A DNA stretch of 64,000 nt from Sanchytrium tribonematis (taxonomy: Eukaryota): NCBI GenBank assembly GCA_018985235.1, contig JADGIG010000008.1, positions 1-64,000 of the forward strand. The letters are read 5' to 3'. Below are positions 32,801 to 43,732 of the stretch, piece by piece. Under the pieces are notes generated by a model. It saw nothing but the letters and a program-made list of their open reading frames with translations, searched no databases and was not told where the DNA came from. The position numbers and the translations under genes were made by a program. Each line of letters begins with the position of its first letter. The stretch's first letter is position 1.

Positions 32801-33711
32801 TTCGTGTTACTCTCTCTTTTGTAAATCATGTCATGTTTCTCTAACATTCCAAGTGCAACATTCATACAATCAATAATCTGTTGCAGAACAGCATTTGGTA
32901 TACAATCCATATCAAAAACATCTACAAAATTGTTGATTATGCTGTATGTAGCAGAAGCTGCTAAACTTTGAAAATCTTCAATGTCTGGATAAGTTTCGTA
33001 ACAAAGCTTCCGTAATACAAATAATGTATTTTCTTTAAAAGCTCTATATGCATATTCATCTGATTTTTTTGAGTGTATGCCAGCTAGACCCAAATATATG
33101 GGTCCGCTAAGGGGAAAAATTTCTAGGAGCAATTCTACTTCGTCCATAAAGTCAGCGCTAAATTCCTCATTCTTCTGGCGAAAAATTATAGATAATATTA
33201 CAATCAACATCATTTTAGTATTTTTCTTCACATACTTGGCCTCGTTGGCATTACTTGGAGATATTGAATTGTACAATTCTACTATTTCTTTACAATTTTT
33301 AACAAATTCGATTCGATATTGCACATCCATTTTCAAATATCCTGTAGTGGTAATCAACATATGTAGTATTAAAGGGTGACTGGCGAACAAGTGTGAATGA
33401 AGTCCTTCCCAGCAAACTCGAAGATCGTCTGTTGTGGCAATTTCTTTCTCGATTTTGTTTTCCAGATGTTCCTCATATAATTTCCAAAATCCAATGTATT
33501 CTGTAACATAAACAGGCATAAAAACATCTTTGAGCCATGATTCTTGCCCATCAAATTCTAGATTATGTGTATTTTTGATGTACAAGAGCATTCCATAAAC
33601 CACTTCTTTGTCAATATTTGTTATATTACTAATCGCGTTTACGATGCCTTCTTTTTCGCTGCTAGGACACTTCTTAAATCGATTCTTAAACTCCTCCATT
33701 GGATTTTTCAT
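29863..33711 (-). CDS. Large alpha-solenoid protein (possibly a divergent Nup188/Nup205-type nucleoporin)
   Basis: 1282-aa uninterrupted Leu-rich ORF. The family guess rests on size, composition and a weak GPIYLGLA motif only. Confidence 0.55.
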   Translation of the reverse strand: MKNPMEEFKNRFKKCPSSEKEGIVNAISNITNIDKEVVYGMLLYIKNTHNLEFDGQESWLKDVFMPVYVTEYIGFWKLYEEHLENKIEKEIATTDDLRVCWEGLHSHLFASHPLILHMLITTTGYLKMDVQYRIEFVKNCKEIVELYNSISPSNANEAKYVKKNTKMMLIVILSIIFRQKNEEFSADFMDEVELLLEIFPLSGPIYLGLAGIHSKKSDEYAYRAFKENTLFVLRKLCYETYPDIEDFQSLAASATYSIINNFVDVFDMDCIPNAVLQQIIDCMNVALGMLEKHDMIYKRESNTNDFMFDISSGALLQYILSNLPSRMQELFTLLPFIHKQLQSDLCLPFVNNCTVLEQYNDLPLKVFAKNEHDLILGFTLDPLNFTLQQYSKGDFFPLLKLIDINGTCVRKNEVVWHANISIDVLLTPILIYGKLEDRIKIIDYYNNVLNNLPYSKKSSMIHQLDRYLANFAHPEETSLFIKVLLNTCHATKEIGLSHRSIDIVLQLFPLDPPLIQMFYKFDSISLMHAVFKYLSSNAYILSYFSEYHPYLPIHPDIILKCCFTLNDVTSDSDGDSRIVYSILYCTYIMQNKLNHEQSDYYKQVLLDSLDLNKLIVYCKSNLKNHEVQLPCCLILKHFKIYMTTDLEPINLVHCVDKNVQFLNPDLYDKIVKFYEKSTLEDLADCQIMLPKTMIVDLLQKLGKIEGDSFLLYIKYLTMLLRQSRHYKIDLIPYKSILEKVTEHLTRFEPEFEASAQPLHIFMQDPFILKQCLDISIVADFLTQVVNLIDIRDILLIIASRKVSFVNSNLMDVLFRSSSLTSAEIVRETGSLIAENQNLHTALLYFSNLSLLKKLQSIFELISEDLTNFAIQIDLQHDDNSMAIFGYVLNNIFLHLRSNAKFSNDFVNIPLKPLLWQSIYTSLNINLLHSFTIEDNLARKDSSKDSLLFRNSISNLYKVLLVSEIEEREVILEFVVQLAVRNTEYFLEYQKEDYYPYLILLKLLVSGNTKVNCDYLVDILLRSFEHFSEDLKRTTANILGLLNKHSTVPSHTDLRINNAHLISEIDREYHNLNILPQTSFDGNCEAVLGTLMKLKYSKSEKVVKILLQCKYKDSDPISYMLIRNLLYMYIINDAYLRKYYFGLLNGAYGLQELKSTFTKHSHDFQPELLSNCMGFGLIFELVKNCPDDCSIDFKKDFYFICKLICDYNIAMLQLTKNTSSLHDARIADVMQEYHEFTPIFESFQMSIELNTGLSPTESKLTPRRKKRRKQLEKSKWTVEQIFG

Positions 33712-33728
33712 GTTTGAAAAAAAATAGT

Positions 33729-35005
33729 TTATTTCGTGATCATACTCAATCTATCAGGCCCAACACCAATATACTTAATATTGACTTTTAAGAAATTTTC
33801 AATAAACAGCACATAATTCTGGGCATTCTGTGGCAAATCTGAAAAAATTTTGCAATTCGAAATGTCTTGTTTCCAGCCAGGAAATAATTTATACTCAATA
33901 ACCACGGAGTCTAAATGATCCAAGTCTGCAGGAAACAATTTCACAGACACACCATTAATTTTGTATCCAACTGCAACTTTGATTTCTTCCATTTCATCAA
34001 GTACATCTAATTTTGTCAAATTAATACTAAATTAATTAATAAATACATGTCTACACCATTAATCAAGCAAGCGTACTTAACGAGAACAAGATCCAGCCAG
34101 CCACACCTTCTTGGTCTACCTGTTGTTGTTCCATATTCATGACCTTTCTTCATCAAATGTTCGCCATTTGCATCCAACAATTCTGTTGGGAAAGGTCCAC
34201 CACCAACTCTAGTAGTATATGCTTTGACGACACCGTATACTGTTCTGAGTTGTTTTGGTGTTATTCCCAAACCAGTAATAGCACCACCAACACTACAGTT
34301 GCTAGAGGTCACGTAAGGGTAAGTCCCATAGTCTATGTCAAGCATAGTGGCATTTGCGCCTTCAATAAGAATTCTCTTCCCAATATTTTCATGTAGATAC
34401 TCGATAGTATCTGCGACCATTGGTTCAATTATTTTCTTCAAATCCTTATATCTTTCCAACTCTTTCGTAATGTCGTATTCGAATTCGCCATAACGCTTCA
34501 TTCGATTGTTAACTAAAGATTGATAGCGATCAGAAAATTCTTCAAAACTTCCCATCAAATGATGGATCCTTATACCGCTTCTGCTTGCTTTTGTGGAATA
34601 GCAAGGACCGATGCCTTTTTTAGTCGTACCAATATTGGACTTTCCAAGCTCTACTTCTTTTAAACCGTCAACAATTTGATGACAATCGAAAACTAAATGG
34701 GCCCGATTAGAAATGAGCAACCTCTCCCTAATATTCACTCCCAATGCTTCCAAGTCTTCGATTTCTTTCAAGAGTGATGGCAAATGAATAACGCATCCAT
34801 GCCCGATGATTCCTGTCGTTTGTTTGTGTAACAAACCCGAGGGCAATAAATGAAATTTGTAAACTTTTCCTTCTAGAGAAAGAGTGTGTCCAGCATTATT
34901 TCCTCCAGCACATCGACAAATCATATCGACATTTTCACAAAGTATATCCACCAGCTTACCTTTACCTTCATCGCCAAATTGTAAACCCAACAATAAGTTT
35001 GCCAT
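33729..35005 (-). CDS. ADE12: Adenylosuccinate synthetase; one 20-nt intron, 418 aa
   Basis: [31 protein letters not shown]; spliced [16 protein letters not shown]. Confidence 0.97.
34027..34046 (-). other. 20-nt intron GTATTTATTAATTAATTTAG
   Basis: The frame difference between the ORFs requires length 2 mod 3; removal restores ING...NLTKLD. Confidence 0.93.
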
Positions 35006-35053
35006 TGGAAACTACAAGCAAACCCCCTTTGATCTTCCATTGTAAAATTAAAT

Positions 35054-35812
35054 TTATTTGTTGTGAAAACCTTCAACGAAATTAACACTGTCGTTCTTCA
35101 GACTGTAAAGTCGATTGATCTCAAATGCGGCTTGAGAAAATGTGCAAAAAAATGTCGCCAAATGGGTAACAAAGGAATACTGCCCATTTCCTACAAAAGC
35201 TATAACGAGTCCTGATTGGACCAGCTGTATTGATATAACTAGAAACAGCGACAGGACTGCAATTTTTTCAAAAATCCTCAAGCTTTTGGTTATTCTTGGA
35301 AGTCCTGTGTATTTAAATTCTAAAAATACAATCAGTAAACACATGACCGAGACAATCACAAGGGCAAGAAAGAAGGAAAGCTGGACTGCAGGCTGAAGTA
35401 GCTCGAATGAGAATTCATTCTTTCCTCTGTAGTCAATAACGCAAAAAGATGAACTGTAAGCTCCTAAAAAGCCGGATATGGGCGCAAATACAATAAATAT
35501 TTTCTTTTGATAGCTTTTACAAATATGCCAAATTCTGAGAACCGGGACAAAAGTGTGGGTCACATTAGCCAGCATTAATCCCCAAAGGAAAAAAATAGTA
35601 TAAAATTCATGATATTCCACTTCAGTCAGCAAAGCATATCCAACGGCAGATACGAATCCAAAAATACTCGTCAATAAACAAAGTGCATGAGAGGTACAGT
35701 TAGGATTTACGACTAATAGGAATGCAGAAACAAGTACAGAGTACACTTCCAAACTCAGCATGGGTCCTGCAATTGTGGAATTGTCAATCGCATTTTCCAA
35801 ATTATTTTCCAT
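35054..35812 (-). CDS. Multi-pass (about 7 TM) membrane protein
   Basis: About seven hydrophobic segments in 252 aa. Confidence 0.65.
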   Translation of the reverse strand: MENNLENAIDNSTIAGPMLSLEVYSVLVSAFLLVVNPNCTSHALCLLTSIFGFVSAVGYALLTEVEYHEFYTIFFLWGLMLANVTHTFVPVLRIWHICKSYQKKIFIVFAPISGFLGAYSSSFCVIDYRGKNEFSFELLQPAVQLSFFLALVIVSVMCLLIVFLEFKYTGLPRITKSLRIFEKIAVLSLFLVISIQLVQSGLVIAFVGNGQYSFVTHLATFFCTFSQAAFEINRLYSLKNDSVNFVEGFHNK

Positions 35813-35864
35813 GAAAGCGACTTTGACAAAGATTCATAAAGACAAACTCCTTGTAGCAAAAACT

Positions 35865-38644
35865 ATGGGAAATGACTTAATTGAAAAAATGGAGGAAGAC
35901 AAATCTGCCGTTCGTTTTCCAGTAAGTCATGGAAACTGTAATATCTATTGATGTAGGTGGATCGTTTGTATATGTGGAGCCTGAAAAAACTGGAGAATCG
36001 TATGTTGTAGCGCGTATCATGCAGAAACGAGGCGAAAAAATATTGTTGAATGCTTTTTTTCGCCCTTCAGAAGTTCTAAGTGGTAGAAGCTTTCATCCCA
36101 GATTACTCGTTGCCTCGACACAATCTAAATGGTATTTTGAAAAGCAAATGGCAGGAGAGTGCCAAGTTTTGCACATTTCGCAGATTTATGACCTAGAAAG
36201 GTACTGCGCAAAAGAAGACGCATTTTACTTTGAACAGCTATACGATCTCTATGCAAAAGAAATTTACGACGTTGTAAGATCTAACTTAAGCAGGTCACCA
36301 GAGGAAAATGTAGAAAGTTTGGTCAAATTTCCATTTATTTACACAGAGGTAGGCCACACTCTAGAAATCATTAATGCTTATGGTTGGTGTGGTATATGTA
36401 CTAGTTTTTGCCGCAAATCAGATGACGATTACTTTGAGTGCGCTGGTTGTAGAAATAGGTACCATTTCCATTGTTTTAATCCTAGAGATTTATCAGATCC
36501 CTCTCAAAAAATGTGTAATGTGTGTCATAAAGAATCAAAAAGTACAGATTGGATAGCCACCATTGATTCAAATCAAAAATTATTGACAACTTACAAAGAC
36601 TTTGATACAACACCATTGGATGTAGAGTCTATGAATCTAGAGTGGCCGTTTAGGTATTTTGGTATCAATACAAATGAAAAGTCTAGCTTTGACACGGATA
36701 ACAGCATTGTTTTTCCAAGATCTTCTGTCAAAGTGGGTCCATCTTTACAAGTCGCCATTCCAAGATTCATAGGGGATGGAGATTTCATGGATGTCGATGA
36801 GGTTTCTGAGGACAGACAGGAGGACGTATGGCTGTCTAGATATGGTAAAGGTCTACTTCAACAGATGGAAGAAGAAGAACAGGTAGATAGATCCAACTCA
36901 GCAATTTTAAAGTACAAGATTACTTCTGGAGTTGACATAGATGCAGGTAAATTGGGTTAAATTAGTTTCTGTATTTGTCAATCAAACTTGTGAGAAATTA
37001 CTTGGAGACGCCAGAGGCTCCTGTCAGTTTCGGCAATTTCTACATGAATGTCTATATGAAGAAGAATTTGACTTTTCAAAAGCAGAAGTTGTTTGTCAAA
37101 ACTTTTCAAAAAAAGATTTATTCAATTGCTCTGACTTTAGTACAACTCCAATATTCCCGTTATTAGGTAAATACCGCTGGCTTGAAGAGGTAGAATTTGG
37201 AAAAGATGGCGATAGAATGAACCAGCCTATTCGTGACAGGGGTCATGTCTTGTACAAAATAGCAGAGACTTTTAAAATTCCAACAAAAGCCGTTTGTCAA
37301 TTTTTTGCGATGTGGAAGAAAAGCGATAATCAACGCCAAGCCTACGATTTTCATTTAAGGAAATTTTTAAACTCAAAAAAGTTTAACAAAAAGGCTGAGA
37401 CTCCTCCACTTCCAGAAAAAGAAGAGGAACTAAGTGTGCATGAAACCGATCTAGACAATTCAAGTGACAGCGAAAGCAGTCTTGGTGTAGAGGCTGTCAA
37501 AGTGCCTCATTGTGACAATTGTTACGCTTCTAATCCAGATACTTTGATCCCCACCTCAATTTTTCAAGGCCGACACTCCAAAAAAAGACGAGAAATGTTT
37601 TGCAAAAGTTGTGGAACATGGTGGCTTAAGTACGCGACTACAAAGCCTGTTCCGAGAGAAACGAAATCCAATAATAAGGGACATCTTTTTGAATCTGGAA
37701 AGAAAAGTAAACAAAGAGAATCTTCGAATCATCAAACAAGTTTTCAGGCAGTTCCCCCACGGTCAATTGTTCCGCACATTCCATGTGGTGTATGTTTAGA
37801 TGATATCAAAACTGATGAGGATGGAAAGGTGGAGAATATTAAAGCTGTGAAATGCGTTTCTTGTAAAATAGCAGTGCACAAAATCTGTTATGATATTCCC
37901 AGACCAATTCATCCTTTAGAAGAATGGCAGTGCGATGTCTGTATATCCAATGTAAGCAAAGAACCCGGTTGTTGTTTATGTGGAAAAGTAGATCCTCAAG
38001 TCAACGCTTACAAGACTTTTCAAGGAAATATAGCCCATGCCGTCTGCCTCTATAGCAATGAATCATTCATGTTTTGTAAAGAAAATGGCATTAGACAGCC
38101 AATTCTTTACAAAGACATTGTTGATACTCAAGATATAACCTGTTTCTATTGTCATCAAAAAGTCGGTTGGAAAACGTGTTGTGTTATGCAAGGATGTGCT
38201 AAATGGTTTCATCCTGTCTGTGCAACTCGAGCAAGTGCAGCATTCACATATTTTAAAAAGGCGATGAGATTTTTTTGCTCCGACCATATGACGCCTTTAG
38301 TTCCATTCGATATCCATGATCCGCCTAATTCTATTAAAGACGTAACTAGAGCATCCCGGATGACAAAGGTGCAAGAAGAGTTGCGATATAATAGAACAGA
38401 ACTTGGAAGTGTGACGGCCCCAGATTTTGATCGAAACACACCGATGATGATGTACAGTGATCCAAAAATTGATATTAACAAAGCAAATATTAAAAGAGCT
38501 ATGCGTAAGAGCTCCGCACATATGAAAGTTCCAGAGTTTCCACCGTGCTGTCAGTGCATGAGAACTGCTTTTCCAGTTTTGTGGATATCTGAGTCTTGGA
38601 AATGTCTCAAATGTGTCAGAATCTCTTTGAACTCAGAAGAATAA
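35865..38644 (+). CDS. Snt2-like BAH-PHD-ELM2-SANT-ZnF-PHD-ePHD chromatin protein; two introns
   Basis: BAH (FVYVEPE..FYFEQLYD), PHD, ELM2 (VKVGPSLQVAIP), GATA-like finger (CKSCGTWWLKY), PHD and extended PHD. Start codon uncertain. Confidence 0.8.
35938..35956 (+). other. 19-nt intron GTAATATCTATTGATGTAG (probable)
   Basis: Fits the consensus and joins the upstream ORF to the BAH domain in frame. An ATG at 35929 is an intron-free alternative. Confidence 0.7.
36947..36965 (+). other. 19-nt intron GTAAATTGGGTTAAATTAG
   Basis: Joins the ELM2-containing ORF to the downstream SANT/PHD ORF in frame. Confidence 0.88.
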
Positions 38645-38735
38645 TACATCGCTGACACATGATAGTTGTATGAATTATAATTAAAATAAACGACTTCAAG
38701 GCCATGCGTTTCCCTTTTTTTAATTGTGAAACAAA

Positions 38736-39098
38736 ATGGAAGGCACAAAAAAGATTGACTTCTTATTACAAAAGTACGAACAAATAATGATTGAGGAGGT
38801 CAGAGAATCACAAAGTGATGTGACGATGGAAACTGAAGAAAGTAAGAGACTGTTGTTGGAAAGATACGATGCCTTGAATAGTTTAATGGAGGAAAAACAT
38901 ATTGCATTTGATCAACTGTATAAAGATCAAGATGCATTTCAAAAAGAAAGTAATGAAATCATGATGGAATTAAATCTCAGGGCAAGCAGTATCTTTAGAA
39001 ATGCAAACGAAAAGTTTCAAAGATATTCTGAAGAATTCACAAATCAGATTAAACAAATTATTGAAAGAGCTGAAAACCAAATGGAAGACGAAGAGTAA
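38736..39098 (+). CDS. Acidic coiled-coil hypothetical protein
   Basis: 120-aa ATG ORF with heptad-like composition. Confidence 0.55.
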   Translation: MEGTKKIDFLLQKYEQIMIEEVRESQSDVTMETEESKRLLLERYDALNSLMEEKHIAFDQLYKDQDAFQKESNEIMMELNLRASSIFRNANEKFQRYSEEFTNQIKQIIERAENQMEDEE

Positions 39099-39105
39099 AT
39101 AAGGT

Positions 39106-40393
39106 TTAAAAAGCGTTTATTTTGGAATAAACTATAACTTGTAAATTTTGCAAAGAGGTAGACATCAATTTCAATTCTGTAGAAACGCTTTCTTTTGTAT
39201 TTTCAAGATCCAAAATAGATGACGCGTCGTCAATCTGTCCTATTATTTTGTCATCCAGAATCATTTTTACAACCAGAATCTTGATTGTATCCATAGAGAC
39301 ATGTATTTTTTTGGCTAATTCGTTCAGTGAAATTTTGGAGGTACCATGACAAGCAGTAAGTATAGTCTGAAATCTAATTTCTTCTAATGCATCATCAACG
39401 TAGCCTCTGATAAATGGATCAGATAAAAATGTAAGTTCACCTTCTACATTAATAAGAATAACGTTTCAAGATTTTTTGGAATTCTTCAATATTTTCAGTT
39501 TGATAAGCTTCCATTAGGGCCGTCAATCCAACAATTTCCTCGTCCGTTTTGAACGGTTTCGTTTCCGGACTCTCGAATGGATTTATGCGACTACTGCTTA
39601 AAATATTGCAAAGAACTAAATATTTAAGCACTCGAATCCTTTCGTAGGCTCCAGCTTCGTCATAATTTTTAAAGGACTCAAAAAACTCAGTTCTAGCAGC
39701 ATCAAAATTCTTTTGCTGACAGTGCATTTTCCCACCACATTCACGGATAATGCCTGTAATTTTAGGATGTGGAACAGCAGATCTAATAGTAAGAGTCTTA
39801 TTGTAGAGCTCTTTCAACTTTCTATTATTTTTGGTCTCTGAATAGTATTGAATTTCTAAAGCCGCGACCTCTAACGATTGAGTAGCTTGTGTTTCTGATG
39901 ATTCGCTAATCCTTTCCTGTAATTGTCTGAAAATTTTAGGCAAAGGTTTAAAATTTCTTTCAGCGAGATAAAATGAGGCTAATTTGAGATGCACTTTTGT
40001 CCAAATCCTACTATTATCATAATTGCTTAAGTATTCTGCAATAACAAGTAATAATTTGAGTGCTACGTCGCTTGAGCTATGATGCCCAGTAAAATCGACC
40101 AGATTATTGATTGACTTTTCAAAATAGTAGGGCATTAATTTCGAAGAGAAACCTAAAACTTCTTTGAGTTGGTCAGCTGCATCAGAATTTGATATTAATA
40201 GACACTTGTAAATTTGTTTCTTGGCTTTAAATGCAAAATCTCCTTCTGTAATTTCCTTGAATTGTATAATAGCTTCTTTGGGATTATTTTCTTTAATTGA
40301 TTTCGCATAATAATACTTGTTTTCGACTTCCGCAATCTCATCATTCACATCACTACCGAAGTCATCGCGAAATCCAAAATCGTCTTCATCCAT
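39106..40393 (-). CDS. CSN2: COP9 signalosome subunit 2; one intron, 422 aa
   Basis: ENKYYYAK, FKAKKQ, SAVPHPKITGIIRECGGKMH, FFESFKNYDEAG; spliced DPFIRGY and PCI domain. Confidence 0.95.
39444..39462 (-). other. 19-nt intron GTTATTCTTATTAATGTAG
   Basis: Restores DPFI and the PCI domain; GTT donor. Confidence 0.9.
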
Positions 40394-40454
40394 TTTGTAA
40401 CAGCCCCGCCTTAAACTTCGAACGATGTTTATTTATTTGCAAATTCTTTTCTAA

Positions 40455-41579
40455 TCACAAGTATTTATCGCCTTTTAGCGGGTTCACAAAAATTCCTTCC
40501 TGTTCAAGTTTGTTTGCAGCTTCAACTCGCAATTTCCAGAATTTGCGATTTAAATATTGCGGTAGTTGCATTACACAATTACGCATTATCAGATGGGCAT
40601 AAAGACCAAGAGAAAAATAGTTTTTATACATAACATCGTGAATTATTCCGGACCAAGAGTAAGAGAATGGTTCCTCCGGTAATATTTTAAAATCCTTTAA
40701 TAGAGTGGTATGAATTATTATCGGTTTGTCCTTGAAGTGATGAACCATGGAATGTCCGCTTGTGCTAGCGAATTTTTCAGTCACTACTCCTGGAGAATCC
40801 AGCCAACCGATAGAAATATTATAATAATCAAACGAGAGCCTGAAAGTGTCTTTGTCACCCCAAATATACCTATAAAATATCCGGTGATTCTTGTTCATTT
40901 CATATGCCATGTTAAGAGCATTAATCACATTTTTGGCAGATTTGTCCACGAATAAGAAACCAGCTTCCATATCCCATTTGGTTTTTGGAGAAGTGTTTAA
41001 AATTTTATAAACTGGATTAATTGGTGGGGTATACCAATAATCTCGCGCAGCGACTACTGAGGTATCAAACTTATCTAGAATGTCTGCCAACGGTTGGAGT
41101 ACATACGCATCTGTGTCAATATACATTACTTTACAAAATTTAGAATGCAAAATGGCAATACTTTTGAAATGGTAATTATTACCTTTAACATTCAGATCGG
41201 CATCCGGGTCAAAATCTTGAATATTCATAAGAGTTGTGCTTTTAAATAATTTCAATTGAGTTTGATTGGTTTCTTTTGGATGATACCAAATTTCAACAGG
41301 ATATGGAGATTTGTTTAAAAAGCCTATAGACGTATAGCACGAGAGTAAGGATTTTGGATAAACCAAATAAACGATTCCAGTTACATTTATACAATCTGCT
41401 TTTGTTTCATATTTTGAGGATGAGAATGAGAATTTTTGCACTTTTGTTTCCCAATATACTAACGGATTAGGCTTAAACATCAAATGATGCCATTCGTAAC
41501 GGTCAAATTTTCTCACAATTAACACGATTGGAAAAAGGAGAATCAAATCTAATACGAAAATCGCAATAAAAAGTTTCAT
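40455..41579 (-). CDS. Alpha-mannosyltransferase-like glycosyltransferase (GT71/Mnn-like)
   Basis: N-terminal TM, PVEIWY, KSIAILHSKF..VMYIDTD, RDYW, EAGFLFVDK, WGDKDTFR. Confidence 0.8.
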   Translation of the reverse strand: MKLFIAIFVLDLILLFPIVLIVRKFDRYEWHHLMFKPNPLVYWETKVQKFSFSSSKYETKADCINVTGIVYLVYPKSLLSCYTSIGFLNKSPYPVEIWYHPKETNQTQLKLFKSTTLMNIQDFDPDADLNVKGNNYHFKSIAILHSKFCKVMYIDTDAYVLQPLADILDKFDTSVVAARDYWYTPPINPVYKILNTSPKTKWDMEAGFLFVDKSAKNVINALNMAYEMNKNHRIFYRYIWGDKDTFRLSFDYYNISIGWLDSPGVVTEKFASTSGHSMVHHFKDKPIIIHTTLLKDFKILPEEPFSYSWSGIIHDVMYKNYFSLGLYAHLIMRNCVMQLPQYLNRKFWKLRVEAANKLEQEGIFVNPLKGDKYL

Positions 41580-41629
41580 ATAGCTGAGTTTGATGTACAC
41601 AATTTGTATGACAGCTAGACATAGGAAAT

Positions 41630-41818
41630 TTATTTTAATTGGTTGATTTGAGTGTATAAAGGCAGCAAATATCTCGTACCAAAATACCATCGTGCGAATA
41701 ATTCGCCCACTCCATAAAGTATACCAGAAACGAATGGATATAACAAATAGTTTCGATAATAGAGTTTCTGTTGATCTGTGGGGTTGAATATGCTATTTAG
41801 ATTTAAACCTAAAGGCAT
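41630..41818 (-). CDS. Mitochondrial import protein Mim1/TOM13-like
   Basis: NYLLYPFVSGILYGVGELFA resembles the Mim1 TM motif NLxLPFxNGxMLGFGELxA. Confidence 0.65.
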   Translation of the reverse strand: MPLGLNLNSIFNPTDQQKLYYRNYLLYPFVSGILYGVGELFARWYFGTRYLLPLYTQINQLK

Positions 41819-41842
41819 TTTAAAAAGGGAGTTTAAACGGAG

Positions 41843-43717
41843 ATGGCAACTCGAGTTTTGATTAAAAATATTAACTGCACAAGCAAAGAAGAGCTAATTA
41901 ATTTGATTAACAACAAGTTTGAAAGTGTTGTCGTCACCGACGTTCATTTATTATTTAAAGACAAAGTTTTTCGACGCTGTGCATTTGTTGGGTTGAAAAC
42001 TAAAGAAGATGCGGAAAAATTACGTTCTTTAAATGGATATTTTCTGGGGTCTAGTAGAATTAAAGTGGAATACGCAAGAACAATTGTGGATCAAAACTTG
42101 AAAAGAAACGCTAAAGTTGCGGTCAAGGAAACAACTCCTCCTACACTTGAAGATGTCGAAAAAATTGAGAAATCGGCGAGGTTGTATATTACAAACATTC
42201 CATATAATTGCAAAGAATCAGAGTTGAAAGATTATTTTTCCAAATTTGGCCCGATTGCTGAAGTTCACCTTCCTGTGGATAAACTTACCAAAAAGCCTAA
42301 GGGAACAGCATACATTCAATATATGAGTAGCATAGATGCTGTCAGACTTTTTTGTCTAGGTGGTCAGGCTCTGCGCAAGCAATGTCGAAATTATCAAAAG
42401 GACAACTTAAAGACCCCCTCTAGCATTCCAACCCTCATCTATGCTGGTCGCAATATTTTTCTGTATCCTTCTGATCCGCCGGTAGTAAATGATGCACCTA
42501 TCAATTTAAAAGATAAAAAACTTAAAGATAAGAAAAAACTGTCTTTGTTAGGCTTTAATTGGAATACGTTGTATTTAAATCCTTCAAATATTATCAAAAA
42601 TGTCGCAAAACAACTAAACATCGATGAGTGCAATATGCTTAACGTACATGAAGCTGGTGCAGCAGTAAGAATGTCAGTTGCTGAGGTCAAGGAATTGACT
42701 TCGCTGAAAAATTGGTTTGAAGAAAACGGCATATCATCTGAATCATTCAAAAATTTTGATGCAGACAGTACAGAAGATTTGATAGGTGAAGATTTGAGGA
42801 GCGAAAATACTATTTTAATTAAAAATATTAGTCCGCAAATAGACTCTGATAAGCTGATAAGTGCTTTTCAAGCTTATGGCACACTCAAGCGCTTTCTGTT
42901 GCCTCCCAGTCGAAATGTCGCGATTGTAGAGTTTGAAAAGATTTCTGATGCCAAATTAGCTTTCAAATCTAATTCATTTAAACCGATAAATGGATTGCCG
43001 ATGTATTTGGAATGGGCGCCAGAGCGAATCTTTAAAGCGTCATCAGACGACCCCAAAATAGTAATAGCTGATTCTGATATCCTTGAGAAAGTCGAGGACT
43101 TTGCTGAAAACGATGATCCGGAGACTACAAATCATGTTTCGATTTTTGTTAAAAACATTAATTTTGATACACGTCCACAAGATTTTGAATTTTTGTTTAA
43201 AAGACTCCCTGGGTTCCAAAGTGCAACGCTGAAAACCCGACAAGGTGACAAGGGAGAGATGCTCTCAATGGGTTATGGGTTTGTACAATTCGATTCTACT
43301 AAAAATGCAAAGAATTGCATTCGTCAACTTTCAACTCCAAGGCTAGATCACCATGACCTGATTTTAAAAATATCAAGAAATGACCCACAATCTGAAATTA
43401 GAAAACGGAAAGCGACAGATTTTGGTGAAGCATCAGAGAAAATTGTCATTAAAAATGTCCCATTTGAAGCTACCAAAGACGAACTTCACCAACTAGTCTC
43501 AACTGTTTGCTCGATTCAAACAATTAGACTTCCAAAAAAGTTTGATGGTGGTCATCGAGGTTTTTGCTTTGTGCAATGTTTCTCGACTGAGGATGCGCAA
43601 AAATTAATCGAGAAAATGAATGGCGTTCATTTGTATGGTAGAAAATTAGTATTTATGTTTAGTGGGATTGAAGGTTCACAATTGTCCAATGGCAAAAAAA
43701 GAAAAATTGCCTCTTAA
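41843..43717 (+). CDS. MRD1: Multiple RRM protein Mrd1/RBM19
   Basis: Five RRMs, NWNTLYLN, AAVRMSVAE, LSMGYGFVQF, KNVPFEAT, HLYGRKLV. Confidence 0.93.
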   Translation: MATRVLIKNINCTSKEELINLINNKFESVVVTDVHLLFKDKVFRRCAFVGLKTKEDAEKLRSLNGYFLGSSRIKVEYARTIVDQNLKRNAKVAVKETTPPTLEDVEKIEKSARLYITNIPYNCKESELKDYFSKFGPIAEVHLPVDKLTKKPKGTAYIQYMSSIDAVRLFCLGGQALRKQCRNYQKDNLKTPSSIPTLIYAGRNIFLYPSDPPVVNDAPINLKDKKLKDKKKLSLLGFNWNTLYLNPSNIIKNVAKQLNIDECNMLNVHEAGAAVRMSVAEVKELTSLKNWFEENGISSESFKNFDADSTEDLIGEDLRSENTILIKNISPQIDSDKLISAFQAYGTLKRFLLPPSRNVAIVEFEKISDAKLAFKSNSFKPINGLPMYLEWAPERIFKASSDDPKIVIADSDILEKVEDFAENDDPETTNHVSIFVKNINFDTRPQDFEFLFKRLPGFQSATLKTRQGDKGEMLSMGYGFVQFDSTKNAKNCIRQLSTPRLDHHDLILKISRNDPQSEIRKRKATDFGEASEKIVIKNVPFEATKDELHQLVSTVCSIQTIRLPKKFDGGHRGFCFVQCFSTEDAQKLIEKMNGVHLYGRKLVFMFSGIEGSQLSNGKKRKIAS

Positions 43718-43732
43718 ATGTTAAAATTAAAT

